This document shows, in pieces, positions 49,869 to 59,749 of a stretch of DNA of 64,000 nucleotides. Where the stretch lies: the NCBI GenBank assembly GCA_965223705.1, contig OZ245015.1, positions 2,432,001-2,496,000 on the forward strand, read 5' to 3'. The position numbers and the translations under genes are program-made. Every line of letters starts with the position of its first letter. Within the stretch, counting starts at the first letter, position 1. Under the pieces are notes generated by a model, which ran no database searches, was not told where the DNA came from, and saw nothing but the letters and a program-made list of their open reading frames with translations. Source of the DNA: Myxococcota bacterium (GTDB taxonomy: Bacteria > Myxococcota_A > UBA9160 > UBA6930).

Positions 49869-50686
49869 GCGCCGGGCGTCAGTTTTTCGGCGGACACGAC
49901 GAACGCGTTGAGCGGAACGCGCCAGACGTCGCCGTCGCGGTAGGGCTCCATCAGCTCATCCATGCCGGCCCGGATCGCCTTTTGCGCGGCTTCGGTTTGC
50001 GCCTCGTACAACGCGCGTGTCCGCACGGCGGCGCGACGGACGAAATCGACGATCGCGGCCCCTCCGCGGTCCGTCACCACCGGTAGGGCGACATCGCAGC
50101 GGGTTCCCTTCGAAAACCCGGCGCCTTCGAGGAGCGCGTCGCACACGACCTGATCGGCCCAGCGGAACATATCCGGCCCCTCGGGCAACGGGACGCCGAG
50201 ATCGCCGTGCTTGGAAATCGCTCCGACGACGACACCGAAAAAGGGGTTGTTTGCCGGCGGATACCACGAAGCGAATGCCAGACGGCCGCCGGGACGGAGC
50301 ACGCGATGCGCTTCCCGAGCAAACGCGGCGTGGTCCGCGAAGTGCGGCATTCCGAAGGCAGACACCACGGCGTCGAAGCTCGCGTCGGGCAACCCCAGGT
50401 CCTCCGCCATACCCTGTCGAAACGCGACGGCGGGAAACCGCTCGCGCGCTCCGGCGAGCATCGCTTCCGCGATGTCGAGTCCGACCGAACGCGCACCTCG
50501 TTCCGCCGCAGCCGCGGCGACCCACCCGGGCCCGGTAGCGACATCGAGCAGATCCACGCCGCTCTCGACACGCGCGGCATCGAGCAACGGTCCCGCGATC
50601 TCGCTGGTCACGCCCGTCGTGGTATCGGCGTACGTGCCCGCCACGCGTTCCCAACCGTCTCGTTCGAATTCTAGAAAGTCGTTCAT
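49865..50686 (-). CDS. Class I SAM-dependent methyltransferase
   Basis: LDVATGPG, DASFD, RVLRPGG. Confidence 0.9.
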   Translation of the reverse strand: MNDFLEFERDGWERVAGTYADTTTGVTSEIAGPLLDAARVESGVDLLDVATGPGWVAAAAAERGARSVGLDIAEAMLAGARERFPAVAFRQGMAEDLGLPDASFDAVVSAFGMPHFADHAAFAREAHRVLRPGGRLAFASWYPPANNPFFGVVVGAISKHGDLGVPLPEGPDMFRWADQVVCDALLEGAGFSKGTRCDVALPVVTDRGGAAIVDFVRRAAVRTRALYEAQTEAAQKAIRAGMDELMEPYRDGDVWRVPLNAFVVSAEKLTPGA

Positions 50687-50703
50687 GGTTCAGTGCCCCT
50701 TGG

Positions 50704-51129
50704 CTATTTCCAACCGATCGGCTGCAATCCCTGCTCTCGCAAGCACGCTTCGACGTAAGCTCGAAACGTCGGATCGCCCTCCCCGGACTCCGCCGCTCCC
50801 TCGACAGCGCCCGATCCACCTCCGGTGACCGCACCCGCGGCGGCGCCGCGTCCCGGTGAGCCGAAGATGGCGCCGACGGCGCCCCCGAGGACGGCGCCGA
50901 CCACTGCACCGGCCGTTCCTTTCTTGGCCGCGCCGCGTCCGCGAGAATCCGCTAGATCGGCCTGATAGGCGCGGTCGAGACAATAATCGACCACTTCTTG
51001 CGCCGCGGGTTCACCCATATCGCGATGAACATCGTTCGGATAGAGGACCGGGCGTTTCGCACCGCAGCCGACCAGCGCGGTCAGCAGAACGGTTGCGTAC
51101 AGACAAGGTGTGCGGCGTTTCGGTCGCAT
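50704..51129 (-). CDS. Glycine-zipper lipoprotein
   Basis: Lipobox LVGC, GAxxG repeats, paired Cys. Confidence 0.8.
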   Translation of the reverse strand: MRPKRRTPCLYATVLLTALVGCGAKRPVLYPNDVHRDMGEPAAQEVVDYCLDRAYQADLADSRGRGAAKKGTAGAVVGAVLGGAVGAIFGSPGRGAAAGAVTGGGSGAVEGAAESGEGDPTFRAYVEACLREQGLQPIGWK

Positions 51130-51207
51130 CGTCCGCCGGCAATGCTAGAGGACCGGCCCCGCGACGCCACAATCACTGGGGTCGTGGTAGGCTCACCCAG
51201 ACCCACG

Positions 51208-52566
51208 ATGCCCGCCTCAGATCGCATCCTCCTGAACGGTTTCTCGATGAACTGCGTGTCCCATATCCAGCAGGGGCTGTGGGTCCGCGACGATACACGC
51301 CAGCTCGAATACACGAGTCTCGATCCTTGGGTTGAACTCGCGCAAATCCTCGAACGCGGCTTTTTCGACGCCCTCTTCCTCGCGGACGTCATCGGCGTGT
51401 ACGACACCTACCGCGGCAGCGGGGATACGTCGATCGCCGAGGGCATGCAGATTCCCGTGAACGACCCCTCGTTGCTGATCCCGGCCATGGCCTACGCCAC
51501 GGAGCACCTGGGGTTCGCGTTCACGAGTTCGGTTCTGCAAGCGCACCCCTTCGCTTTCTCGCGGAACATCTCGACCCTCGATCACCTCACGGACGGGCGC
51601 GTCGCATGGAACATCGTGACCTCCTACCTCCCGAATGCGGGTGCCAGCCTCGGTTTGGGCGGCCTGCCCGCTCACGCCGAACGCTACGAACGCGCGGATG
51701 AATACCTGGAGGTCGCGTACAAGTTGTGGGAGGGCAGCTGGGAGGAAGATGCCGTCCTTCGCGATCGCACGCGCGGCCGATACGCGGATCCGGCCAAGGT
51801 CCATCCCATCCACCACAAAGGAAGGTTCTATGAGTGCCAGGGGCCGCATCTCTGCGAGCCGTCGCCCCAGCGAACGCCTTTGTTGTTCCAAGCGGGTTCT
51901 TCCGAAGAAGGCCGTTCGTTTGCCGCCAAGCACGCGGAATGCGTCTTTATCGTCACGTCTCGGCGGAACCTCCGCGGCGCCGCGAGCATCGTCGACGACG
52001 TGCGAAAACGCGCCGTTCGCTACGGCCGAGATCCCGACGACCTGCGCTTCTATCAAGGGCTCTCCCCGGTGGTCGGGGGGACCGAAGCGGAGGCCCGAGC
52101 CAAGCGAGCGGACTATCTCGAGCAGCTGAGCAGCGAAGCCGCCCTGGCGCACCTTTCCGGGAGCCTCGGCGTCGATCTCGGCAACATGGATCCCGACCGC
52201 CCGCTCGAGACCTTCGACAGCCAAGCCATGCGGGGTGTCGTGAAGTCCCTGATCGACGGCGCGCCCGATCGCACGCAGACTTTTCGCGATCTCGCCCGCG
52301 GCCAAATGGCCGGCCAGTTTCTCGCCGGAACACCGGAGCAGATCGCGGACACCATGGAGTCGTTTCGAGACGCCGGCGTCGATGGCTTCAACTTGGTCTA
52401 TGCGGTCACACCGGGAAGCTTCGTCGATTTCGTCGACGGCGTGGTGCCCGTGCTCCAGGCGCGAGGCCTCGTCCAGCGGGAGTACACGCCAGGCCCGTTG
52501 CGCCAGAAGATCTTCGGGGACCCGAGGCTCCCCGACCGCCATCCGGGTGCGAAGTACCGCCGCTAG
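51208..52566 (+). CDS. NtaA/DszA-family FMN-dependent monooxygenase
   Basis: FDALFLADV, STLDHLTDGRVAWNIVTS, PSPQRTP..FQAGSS. Confidence 0.92.
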   Translation: MPASDRILLNGFSMNCVSHIQQGLWVRDDTRQLEYTSLDPWVELAQILERGFFDALFLADVIGVYDTYRGSGDTSIAEGMQIPVNDPSLLIPAMAYATEHLGFAFTSSVLQAHPFAFSRNISTLDHLTDGRVAWNIVTSYLPNAGASLGLGGLPAHAERYERADEYLEVAYKLWEGSWEEDAVLRDRTRGRYADPAKVHPIHHKGRFYECQGPHLCEPSPQRTPLLFQAGSSEEGRSFAAKHAECVFIVTSRRNLRGAASIVDDVRKRAVRYGRDPDDLRFYQGLSPVVGGTEAEARAKRADYLEQLSSEAALAHLSGSLGVDLGNMDPDRPLETFDSQAMRGVVKSLIDGAPDRTQTFRDLARGQMAGQFLAGTPEQIADTMESFRDAGVDGFNLVYAVTPGSFVDFVDGVVPVLQARGLVQREYTPGPLRQKIFGDPRLPDRHPGAKYRR

Positions 52567-53318
52567 GGCTTCTCGGGTTTGACCCAGCGGTGGACGAACG
52601 CGTCCGTCGGAATTTCCATCTTGAAGAAAGGCGCGTCTTTCGGATCTTCGGCATTGCGCATGAAGTCGTCCGTCGCCGCGAGCCGAAAGCCTGCGGCTTC
52701 GAAGTCGGCCTTCACGAGATCCTCATCGATGCGGTGCAGGGAATCGGCCGCCTCGCGCAATGGCGCGCCGGACTTTGCGGCGTGGTCGACGACAATGACG
52801 GCGCCGCCCGGGCGAAGCGCTTCGAAGAACTGCTTCGCCAACGCCCGTGGCTCGACGTCGTAAAGAATCGCGTCGTGGTAGAAGAAGATGATCGTGATGA
52901 GATCGAGATCGCGCGCTTCGGGTGGAAGGGGCTCGTCGAGTTTGCGGTCGACCCGGACGACGTTTCGATTGACGGGCCTCGCGAGGCGCGCCGGCCACGT
53001 CTCACCGACGTATTTCTCGATCGTACGGGGTGTATTGTGCCCGAAGACCGTCCCGGACTGTCCAACGGCACGCGCCAGCAACTCGCTGGTGTAGCCGCTA
53101 CCCGCCCCGATATCGGCGACGCGGTCGCCGAGCGAAACGCCTGCGAAAGCGAGAAACGCGGCCGGCTGCCGGCGCTCGTCCTTGGCGCGGTCGTCGTCTG
53201 TGCGGTCCGGAGAGGCCGCGACGAGCTTCGCCGCCTCGTCTCCCAGGGCGTGCGCGGTCGTCCCAATCGTCGCCGCGAGCGCTATCAGGCCGATACAAAA
53301 GAGGTGGGTTCGCGTCAT
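52563..53318 (-). CDS. Secreted class I SAM-dependent methyltransferase-like protein
   Basis: Signal peptide, D..R.P, DIGAGSGY, LRPGG..VVDH, HRID. Confidence 0.85.
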   Translation of the reverse strand: MTRTHLFCIGLIALAATIGTTAHALGDEAAKLVAASPDRTDDDRAKDERRQPAAFLAFAGVSLGDRVADIGAGSGYTSELLARAVGQSGTVFGHNTPRTIEKYVGETWPARLARPVNRNVVRVDRKLDEPLPPEARDLDLITIIFFYHDAILYDVEPRALAKQFFEALRPGGAVIVVDHAAKSGAPLREAADSLHRIDEDLVKADFEAAGFRLAATDDFMRNAEDPKDAPFFKMEIPTDAFVHRWVKPEKP

Positions 53319-53410
53319 CGTGTCGAGTCTCTCCTCGACGGCGCATGATAGACCGTCTCCCACAGGCACGTGCGACACTGTGATAGAAATTCATCGGAGG
53401 CGTTGCACAG

Positions 53411-54514
53411 ATGGAGCGCACGCGAGAAATCGCCATCGACTCGGCCTGTCGAGGCCAACTGCACGTACCCCCGGCTGGCGCCGGCCCCGGGCTCCTCGTC
53501 GTCTATCCGGAGGCAAGCACCGCAGCCGCCGAGCCCTTCGCCGCACGGTTTGCCGACGAGGGCTACGTGGCCCTCTCCGTAGCAGCCCCGGATGATTCGG
53601 CGACAGAAGCCGCTTTTCGCGCGCTCGCGAAAGAAGCCAGCACCGAATCGGGGATGGGTCTTTTGGGTTTCGGAGAAGCGGGGCTCGCCGCGTGCCTCGA
53701 CGCGACGGACTGCGCGTGCGCTGTGCTGTTCGACGTGATGCCTTCCGAGAGCTCGGCGAGCGCGCTCAAGGCACGCCCCTTCCCAGTGCTGCTCCACTTG
53801 GTCGGCGAAGCACCTTCGGTCCAGGAAACATGTGCCGCCCTGTCGGAGCAGAGCCTCCGAGCCGCCGCCTATCCGGGGTGCCGACCCGGATTTTTCCTCC
53901 CCGACTCCGCGGAGCACGACCGGCCCGGTGCCATGATGGCGCACTCTCGCAGCCTCGCGGTGCTGCGCCGGCACTTAGGCCCGGAATACGATCTCGAGGC
54001 GCTCTGGGACGCCCACACCTACCACGAGTTCGCCACGCGCGATGTCGACGCGACGATGAAGACGATGGTCGACGAGCCCTACGTGAATCACATCCCGACC
54101 ATGACCGGCGGTGTCGGAGGCGCGCAGCTCCGGCACTTCTACGAGCATCATTTTGTCTTCGCAAATCCCGAAGACACGCAGCTCATCCCAGTCTCTCGAA
54201 CAATCGGCGTCGATCGCGTGGTCGACGAGATGTTGTTCTGCTTCACGCACACCCGGGAGATCCCCTGGATGATTCCGGGAATCGCTCCCACCGGGAAGTA
54301 CGTGGAGATTCCCCTCGTCGCCATCGTCAACTTCCGGGGCGACAAGCTCTACCACGAGCACATCTACTGGGATCAAGCCTCGGTCCTGACACAGCTCGGC
54401 CTACTCGACCCGAAGAACCTTCCCGTTGCCGGCGTCGAGGTCGCAAGAAAACTCGTCGACGAAACGCTGCCGTCGAATGCGCTGATGGGCGACAGCTGGA
54501 AGGGCCCGGGCTAG
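53411..54514 (+). CDS. Degenerate dienelactone-hydrolase domain fused to a SnoaL-like domain
   Basis: C-terminal LWDAH...EF, PYVNHIPTMTGG, HEHIYWDQAS; DLH-like N-terminal half. Confidence 0.8.
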   Translation: MERTREIAIDSACRGQLHVPPAGAGPGLLVVYPEASTAAAEPFAARFADEGYVALSVAAPDDSATEAAFRALAKEASTESGMGLLGFGEAGLAACLDATDCACAVLFDVMPSESSASALKARPFPVLLHLVGEAPSVQETCAALSEQSLRAAAYPGCRPGFFLPDSAEHDRPGAMMAHSRSLAVLRRHLGPEYDLEALWDAHTYHEFATRDVDATMKTMVDEPYVNHIPTMTGGVGGAQLRHFYEHHFVFANPEDTQLIPVSRTIGVDRVVDEMLFCFTHTREIPWMIPGIAPTGKYVEIPLVAIVNFRGDKLYHEHIYWDQASVLTQLGLLDPKNLPVAGVEVARKLVDETLPSNALMGDSWKGPG

Positions 54515-54561
54515 AGGGAAGGAGAACGCGGCCCGACCTCGATCCGCGCTCTACCTCGTCG

Positions 54562-55869
54562 CTAGGGGAAGACACCCCGAGAGCGCTTCGCCTCGGCCAC
54601 TTTCCCGATGCCGTTCATCAACGCTGCGGTTCGCAGGTCGACGCTTTCGCGCTCGGCGCTGTCATACACCTCGCGGAACGCGCGGGACATGATTTCGGAC
54701 AAACGCGTGTTGACTTCGTCCTCGGTCCAGAACAGGCGTTGGGAATCCTGAACCCACTCGAAATACGAGACGGTCACGCCGCCGGCATTCGCGAGAATGT
54801 CGGGAACGACGCAAATCCCGCGTTCCCGCAGAATCGCGTCGGCCTCGAGCGTCGTGGGACCGTTCGCTCCCTCGACGACGAGCCGGCAATCGATTCGATG
54901 CGCGTTCTGTTCCGTGATCTGTTGTTGAATCGCCGCCGGAATCAGTATCTCGCACGGAACCTCGAGAACGTCCGCGGGCGCACAGCGGTCACCGCCTTCG
55001 AAACCCTCGATCAGGCCCGACCCGGCGACCCATTCGTCGAGAGCCACGAGATCGATACCCGAAGGATTGATGAGACCGCTGCGCACATCCGACACTGCGA
55101 CGATTTTGCAGCCCACCGCTGCCGCGGCGCGTGCGGCAGCCGCTCCGACCTGTCCGTAGCCTTGTATCGCGACCCGGGCGCCCTCGAGAGGGATGCCACT
55201 GCGCTCCGCCGCCTCGCGCGCACAGATGAAGACGCCGCGCCCCGTCGCTTCTTTCCGTCCGAGGGACCCCCCGAGATGCACCGGCTTTCCCGTGACGACC
55301 GCCGGCACCGTGTAGCCCTTGTGCTGGGAGTACGTGTCCATGATCCAGGCCATCACGCGCTCGCTCGTTCCAAGATCCGGCGCGGGGATGTCGCGGTCGG
55401 GTCCGATGGTGTCGATGATTTCCATGGTGTAGCGGCGCGTGACGCGCTGTAGTTCGGCGCGCGAAAGATTCGAAGGGTCGATCCGGACACCGCCCTTCGC
55501 GCCGCCGAACGGGACGCCGATGATCGCGCACTTCCACGACATCCACATTGCGAGCGCCGTCACTTCGCCCATGTTGACGTCTTCGTCGAAGCGAATGCCG
55601 CCCTTGGTCGGACCCATCGTCAGCAGGTGTTGGACGCGATAGCCGAAAACCGTTTCGACGGTTCGGTAGTCGTCGCGACGGAACGGAAACGAAACGACCT
55701 GGGCGCGTTGCGGTGTTCGAAGCCGCTCCCAGACATTCGCGTCGAGCCCCATGTGATGGGCCGTGCGATCGAGTTGAGCCACGGCCATGCGATACATGGG
55801 CGTGTCCCACTCGAGGGTCGACTCGACGTCGACGAGTTCCTTCTCTTCGGCTTTTAGCGCTGCGCTCAC
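54562..55869 (-). CDS. gdhA: Glutamate dehydrogenase (Glu/Leu/Phe/Val family)
   Basis: GPTKGGIR, GGAKGG, DIPAPD, EATGRG, EGANGPT, NAGGVTVSYFEW. Confidence 0.93.
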   Translation of the reverse strand: MSAALKAEEKELVDVESTLEWDTPMYRMAVAQLDRTAHHMGLDANVWERLRTPQRAQVVSFPFRRDDYRTVETVFGYRVQHLLTMGPTKGGIRFDEDVNMGEVTALAMWMSWKCAIIGVPFGGAKGGVRIDPSNLSRAELQRVTRRYTMEIIDTIGPDRDIPAPDLGTSERVMAWIMDTYSQHKGYTVPAVVTGKPVHLGGSLGRKEATGRGVFICAREAAERSGIPLEGARVAIQGYGQVGAAAARAAAAVGCKIVAVSDVRSGLINPSGIDLVALDEWVAGSGLIEGFEGGDRCAPADVLEVPCEILIPAAIQQQITEQNAHRIDCRLVVEGANGPTTLEADAILRERGICVVPDILANAGGVTVSYFEWVQDSQRLFWTEDEVNTRLSEIMSRAFREVYDSAERESVDLRTAALMNGIGKVAEAKRSRGVFP

Positions 55870-55940
55870 GGGGGCCGCCTCCTCCGGGGCCTATCGACCC
55901 TACGCCGGCGGAAATGGAGCCCGAAAAGCCCGGATCGACT

Positions 55941-56825
55941 CTAGAAGTCGTAGAGGAGGTTTGCGAAATAGCGGAAATCGTTCTTGTCGGTGGGGCGCTG
56001 GCTCGTCGAGTCGTATTCGTTCTCGAAGCCGAGCTTCACCTTCCAGGATTCGGTGCCCTCGAGATCCGCCTCCCAAGCGAGGCCCGTCAGGTTCCGGTAG
56101 TCCCCGGCCTTCTCGAGGCTCGGGAACACGGTGTTGTAGAAGGACAATGCGTGGCCCTGGGAGAAATTCCACAGCACCTCGACGCCGATCAGCCACTCCG
56201 GAACCAGGTCGTGATCGCTTCCCGGCCCGCTCGTGCGCGTCAACTGGAGGCCCGTGCGTCCCCGTACGTTCCACCGCTCGTCGTCGAGGAACTGGTAGCC
56301 GGGACCGCCGCCCACGCTGTAGCGGTGGTTCCAGGCTTCGAAGGAATCGCGTTCGTACTTGCCCGAGGCGAAAGCGAACCACGGGCTACCGGGGAAGAGC
56401 CAGTCCCGCGTGAGCTGGGCGGTGGTCTGGTTCGCGTCGGTCTCTCCGTCGTTGTCCGATCGGAGGTAGTGGGCGTCGAAGAGCCAGCGCCGGTCCTCGT
56501 TCTCGTGGCCGAGATGGAGGCCCGCGTTGATGTTCAATGTATCGCTGTTGCCCTCGGCTCCGATGACGCCGAATTCGAGGGTGCGGTCCCACCCGACGAG
56601 AACACGCGAGCCGAACACGCCGCGCGGGGGCGGAGGCGGCGGCTCGATCTGAATGTCGCGCATCGGGATCGTGAGCCTCCCCAGGACGTCGTGGACCAGC
56701 ACGATTCGATCGTCGTCTCGCTCGATGATCGCGCCCTGGAGCGAATCTCCGTTGGTCAACGTCACCGACTCGCCCGCCGCCACCTGCGCCATCGCGAGCA
56801 CCACCAAAATGCAAAGCCTTTTCAC
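55941..56825 (-). CDS. DUF481-like outer-membrane beta-barrel protein
   Basis: Signal peptide, L.NGD...G, GNSDT, G.GPGYQF, terminal YDF. Confidence 0.8.
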   Translation of the reverse strand: MKRLCILVVLAMAQVAAGESVTLTNGDSLQGAIIERDDDRIVLVHDVLGRLTIPMRDIQIEPPPPPPRGVFGSRVLVGWDRTLEFGVIGAEGNSDTLNINAGLHLGHENEDRRWLFDAHYLRSDNDGETDANQTTAQLTRDWLFPGSPWFAFASGKYERDSFEAWNHRYSVGGGPGYQFLDDERWNVRGRTGLQLTRTSGPGSDHDLVPEWLIGVEVLWNFSQGHALSFYNTVFPSLEKAGDYRNLTGLAWEADLEGTESWKVKLGFENEYDSTSQRPTDKNDFRYFANLLYDF

Positions 56826-56899
56826 CCGACCCTCCTCCGTGGTCGGGGGATCTAGCGGATTCTCAACAAGGTTGCCGTGTGGAGTAAAAAGGCCGCGGT

Positions 56900-59353
56900 T
56901 TAAACCCGGATCCTCTCGTTGCGCGGATCGTACATCGGGCGCAGCGAGGCGCGCGCCGCGAACCGACGATGTTCGACGTCGATTTCGAAGCGACCGCTCT
57001 CGAGGAACGCGCGATCGACGCCACCGTCGTGGCGCACGTAGCCGAGGGCCATGGCGGCACCGAGGGTGTGTCCGTACCCAGCAGAGCTCGTCAAGCCGAC
57101 CAGTTCGCCGTCGCGAAGAATCGGCTCATTGTGAAACAGCTGCGGTTCGGGATCCTCGAGGAGAAACTGGACCAAACGGCGTGTCAAGGGCTTTCCCCGC
57201 TTCTCGAGCAAGGCGTCTCGCCCGATAAACCCGCCGGGCTTGTCCCAAGCGCACGTGAACGCCAGGCCGGATTCGAGTGGTGTGTCTTCGGGCCCAATGT
57301 CGTGCGCCCACTCTCGATAGCCCTTCTCGATGCGCAGCGAGTTCAGCGCGTGGTATCCACAGTGCTTTAGGTCGAAGGCGCGTCCCTCCTCGACGAGCCG
57401 GTCGTAGACGGGCAGCGCGTACTCGGTGGGAACGTAGAGCTCGAACCCGAGCTCTCCGGTGTACGAGACACGCATGGCGGTGAGGCGTTGGTAGCCGACC
57501 TCGAGTTCGCGCCACGTCCCGAACGGGAAGACGGAATCGTCCAGCGGATCTCGCGTCAAACGGGCGAGCAGATCTCGAGATTTCGGGCCCTGTAGATTCA
57601 GCATCACGTAAGCGGTGGTCACATCCGTCGTGACGCAGCGCTGCTCTTTGGGCAAGTGACGCCGGAGCCACGCGTCGACGTGCGTGTGAGTGAACGCAGG
57701 AGTCACGATGAGGAACGCGTCCTCGGCCATGCGCGAGATCGTTACGTCCGCCTCGATCCCGCCCCGCTCGTTCAGGAACTGGGTGTAGACCAAGTCTCCG
57801 ACCGGCATGTCGAGATCGGCGGTCGCGAGCCGATTCAAGCCCGCCAGCGCGTCGGCCCCCTGGACGAGGATTTTTGAAAAGGACGTCTGTTCGAACACGC
57901 CGACGCCTTCGCGGACGGCGCGATGCTCTTCGGCACTTCGATGAAACCAGTTCGTCTTGCCCCAGCCGTATTCGTATTCCGCCGACTCCCCGGCCTCGGC
58001 GTACCAGTTCGGCCGCTCCCACCCCGCTGATTCGCCGAAGCACGCCCCCACGGCCGCCACGCGGTCGTGAAGAATCGACTTCTTGACGTTCCGCGCCGTC
58101 TCCCATTGGCGCGCCGGCCAGTGGTGTTGGTACGCGATCCCCAGGGATTCGACGATACGGTCGCTCAGGTAGGCGAGGTTGTTGCGGAAGGGATGCATCC
58201 GTTGAAGATCGACATCCCAAACTTCCATCGGCGGATGTCCGTCGACGATCCAGTGCGCCATCACATGGCCAACGCCGCCGCCGGACAGAATTCCCAGCGA
58301 ATTGAAGCCCGCCGCCACAAAGAAGTTGTCGAGGTTGGGCGCTTCGCCCATCAGGTAGTTGTGATCCGGTGTAAACGACTCGGGACCGCAGAAGAACTGG
58401 CGGATCCCGACATCGTAGAGCGCGGGAATTCTCGCCATGGCCTTTTCGATGTACGGCTCCATGCGCTCCCAATCGGGCGACAGCTCGTCGAAACAGAACG
58501 CGTCCGGGATACCGTCGACGCCCCAGGTCGCGGCGACCGGCTCGAAGAAGCCGAGCAGGATCTTGCCCCCGGCTTCCTCTCGTGCGTAAGCGGATTTTTC
58601 GGGGTTGCGAAGGATCGGGAGCATGTTGTGCACGCCCTCGATCGGTTCGGATATGAGGTAGTAGTGTTCGGCGGCCTGGAGCGGCACGTCGACGCCGGCC
58701 ATCTTGCCGATCTCCCGTCCCCACATTCCCCCGCAGTTGACCACGTACTCCGAGAGAATGCGCCCGCGTTCGGTCTCGACGCCGACGGCGCGACCGTCTT
58801 GGGTCAGCACGCCGGTTACCGCGGTGTCCTCGAAGAGGAGCGCGCCTTTTTGGGAAGCTCCCTTCATCAAGGCCTGGGTGACGTCCGTCGGGTTCGCCCG
58901 ACCGTCCTTCGGGAAATAGAAGCCAGCCTCGACGTCGGAGACGTCCGCGAGGGGCCACATCTCCTTCATCTGCGCGGCGCTGATCTCTTCGTTCTCGACC
59001 CCGAAAACCCGCGCCAGTGCGGTGCCACGTCGCATCTCGCGAACCTTTTCCGGGCTCTCGGCGATTTGAATCGAGCCGCAGCGCAGAAACCCGGTGGCCT
59101 GCCCGGTCTCCTGCTCCAGTCGGTCGTAGAGATCTTGGGTGTACTTCGCGAGCCAAGTCTGGCTCTCGGAATCGCGCAGGGTCGTCAGCAGGCCGGCGGC
59201 ATGCCACGTGGTTCCGCTCGTGAGCTTCTTGCGCTCGAGCACGACCACTTCCTGGACCCCCAACCGGGTCAGGTGGTAAGCGACGGAGGCGCCGATGACA
59301 CCCCCTCCGATGACGACGACGTGGGCGTGGCTGGGAAGTTCTCGATCGGCCAA
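56900..59353 (-). CDS. GcvT-family FAD oxidoreductase (dimethylglycine/sarcosine dehydrogenase-like)
   Basis: IGGGVIG, SGTTWHAAG, GPESFTPD, GWERP.W, GELGFELY, LRIEKGY. Confidence 0.93.
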   Translation of the reverse strand: MADRELPSHAHVVVIGGGVIGASVAYHLTRLGVQEVVVLERKKLTSGTTWHAAGLLTTLRDSESQTWLAKYTQDLYDRLEQETGQATGFLRCGSIQIAESPEKVREMRRGTALARVFGVENEEISAAQMKEMWPLADVSDVEAGFYFPKDGRANPTDVTQALMKGASQKGALLFEDTAVTGVLTQDGRAVGVETERGRILSEYVVNCGGMWGREIGKMAGVDVPLQAAEHYYLISEPIEGVHNMLPILRNPEKSAYAREEAGGKILLGFFEPVAATWGVDGIPDAFCFDELSPDWERMEPYIEKAMARIPALYDVGIRQFFCGPESFTPDHNYLMGEAPNLDNFFVAAGFNSLGILSGGGVGHVMAHWIVDGHPPMEVWDVDLQRMHPFRNNLAYLSDRIVESLGIAYQHHWPARQWETARNVKKSILHDRVAAVGACFGESAGWERPNWYAEAGESAEYEYGWGKTNWFHRSAEEHRAVREGVGVFEQTSFSKILVQGADALAGLNRLATADLDMPVGDLVYTQFLNERGGIEADVTISRMAEDAFLIVTPAFTHTHVDAWLRRHLPKEQRCVTTDVTTAYVMLNLQGPKSRDLLARLTRDPLDDSVFPFGTWRELEVGYQRLTAMRVSYTGELGFELYVPTEYALPVYDRLVEEGRAFDLKHCGYHALNSLRIEKGYREWAHDIGPEDTPLESGLAFTCAWDKPGGFIGRDALLEKRGKPLTRRLVQFLLEDPEPQLFHNEPILRDGELVGLTSSAGYGHTLGAAMALGYVRHDGGVDRAFLESGRFEIDVEHRRFAARASLRPMYDPRNERIRV

Positions 59354-59424
59354 ACGGGTCTCCTCGCGAACGAGACGATCGCTCCGTCCCGTTCGGAGCC
59401 CATGGTAACCCGGTGGGGGTTGGC

Positions 59425-59691
59425 TTAGCTGACCGCGGAAGCGTCCTCGGATTGCTTGGGAAGCGTGTAGCCCTCTTTACGACCGAGCTCGCGCAGCTCG
59501 GCCAAGAGTCGAACCGACAGGTGCTGCATGGCTTCGAGGCGCTTCTTCCCGGTCATGAAAGACGTCTCGCAAGCGTCGGTTTCAATGCACAGAGCGCAGA
59601 ACGGAAGGCGATCTTGCTTGCGAATGCCCGGATAGATCTCGAGCAGTCGATCGGTCTTCGTTCCACAGAAAGCACAGGTATCGGATCGCAT
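59425..59691 (-). CDS. Small hypothetical protein with a CxxC...CxxC zinc-ribbon-like motif
   Basis: CAFC and CALC; GAGGGAG SD. Confidence 0.65.
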   Translation of the reverse strand: MRSDTCAFCGTKTDRLLEIYPGIRKQDRLPFCALCIETDACETSFMTGKKRLEAMQHLSVRLLAELRELGRKEGYTLPKQSEDASAVS

Positions 59692-59749
59692 GGCGTATCT
59701 CCCTCGTCTCAGGGAGTGCCCAAACGGCGCCTCTTCGTGACGAAAACCG

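Noticed and set aside
50800..50940. GC-rich quasi-repeats
   Set aside because: They are explained by glycine-zipper codons and are not a CRISPR array or tandem repeat.
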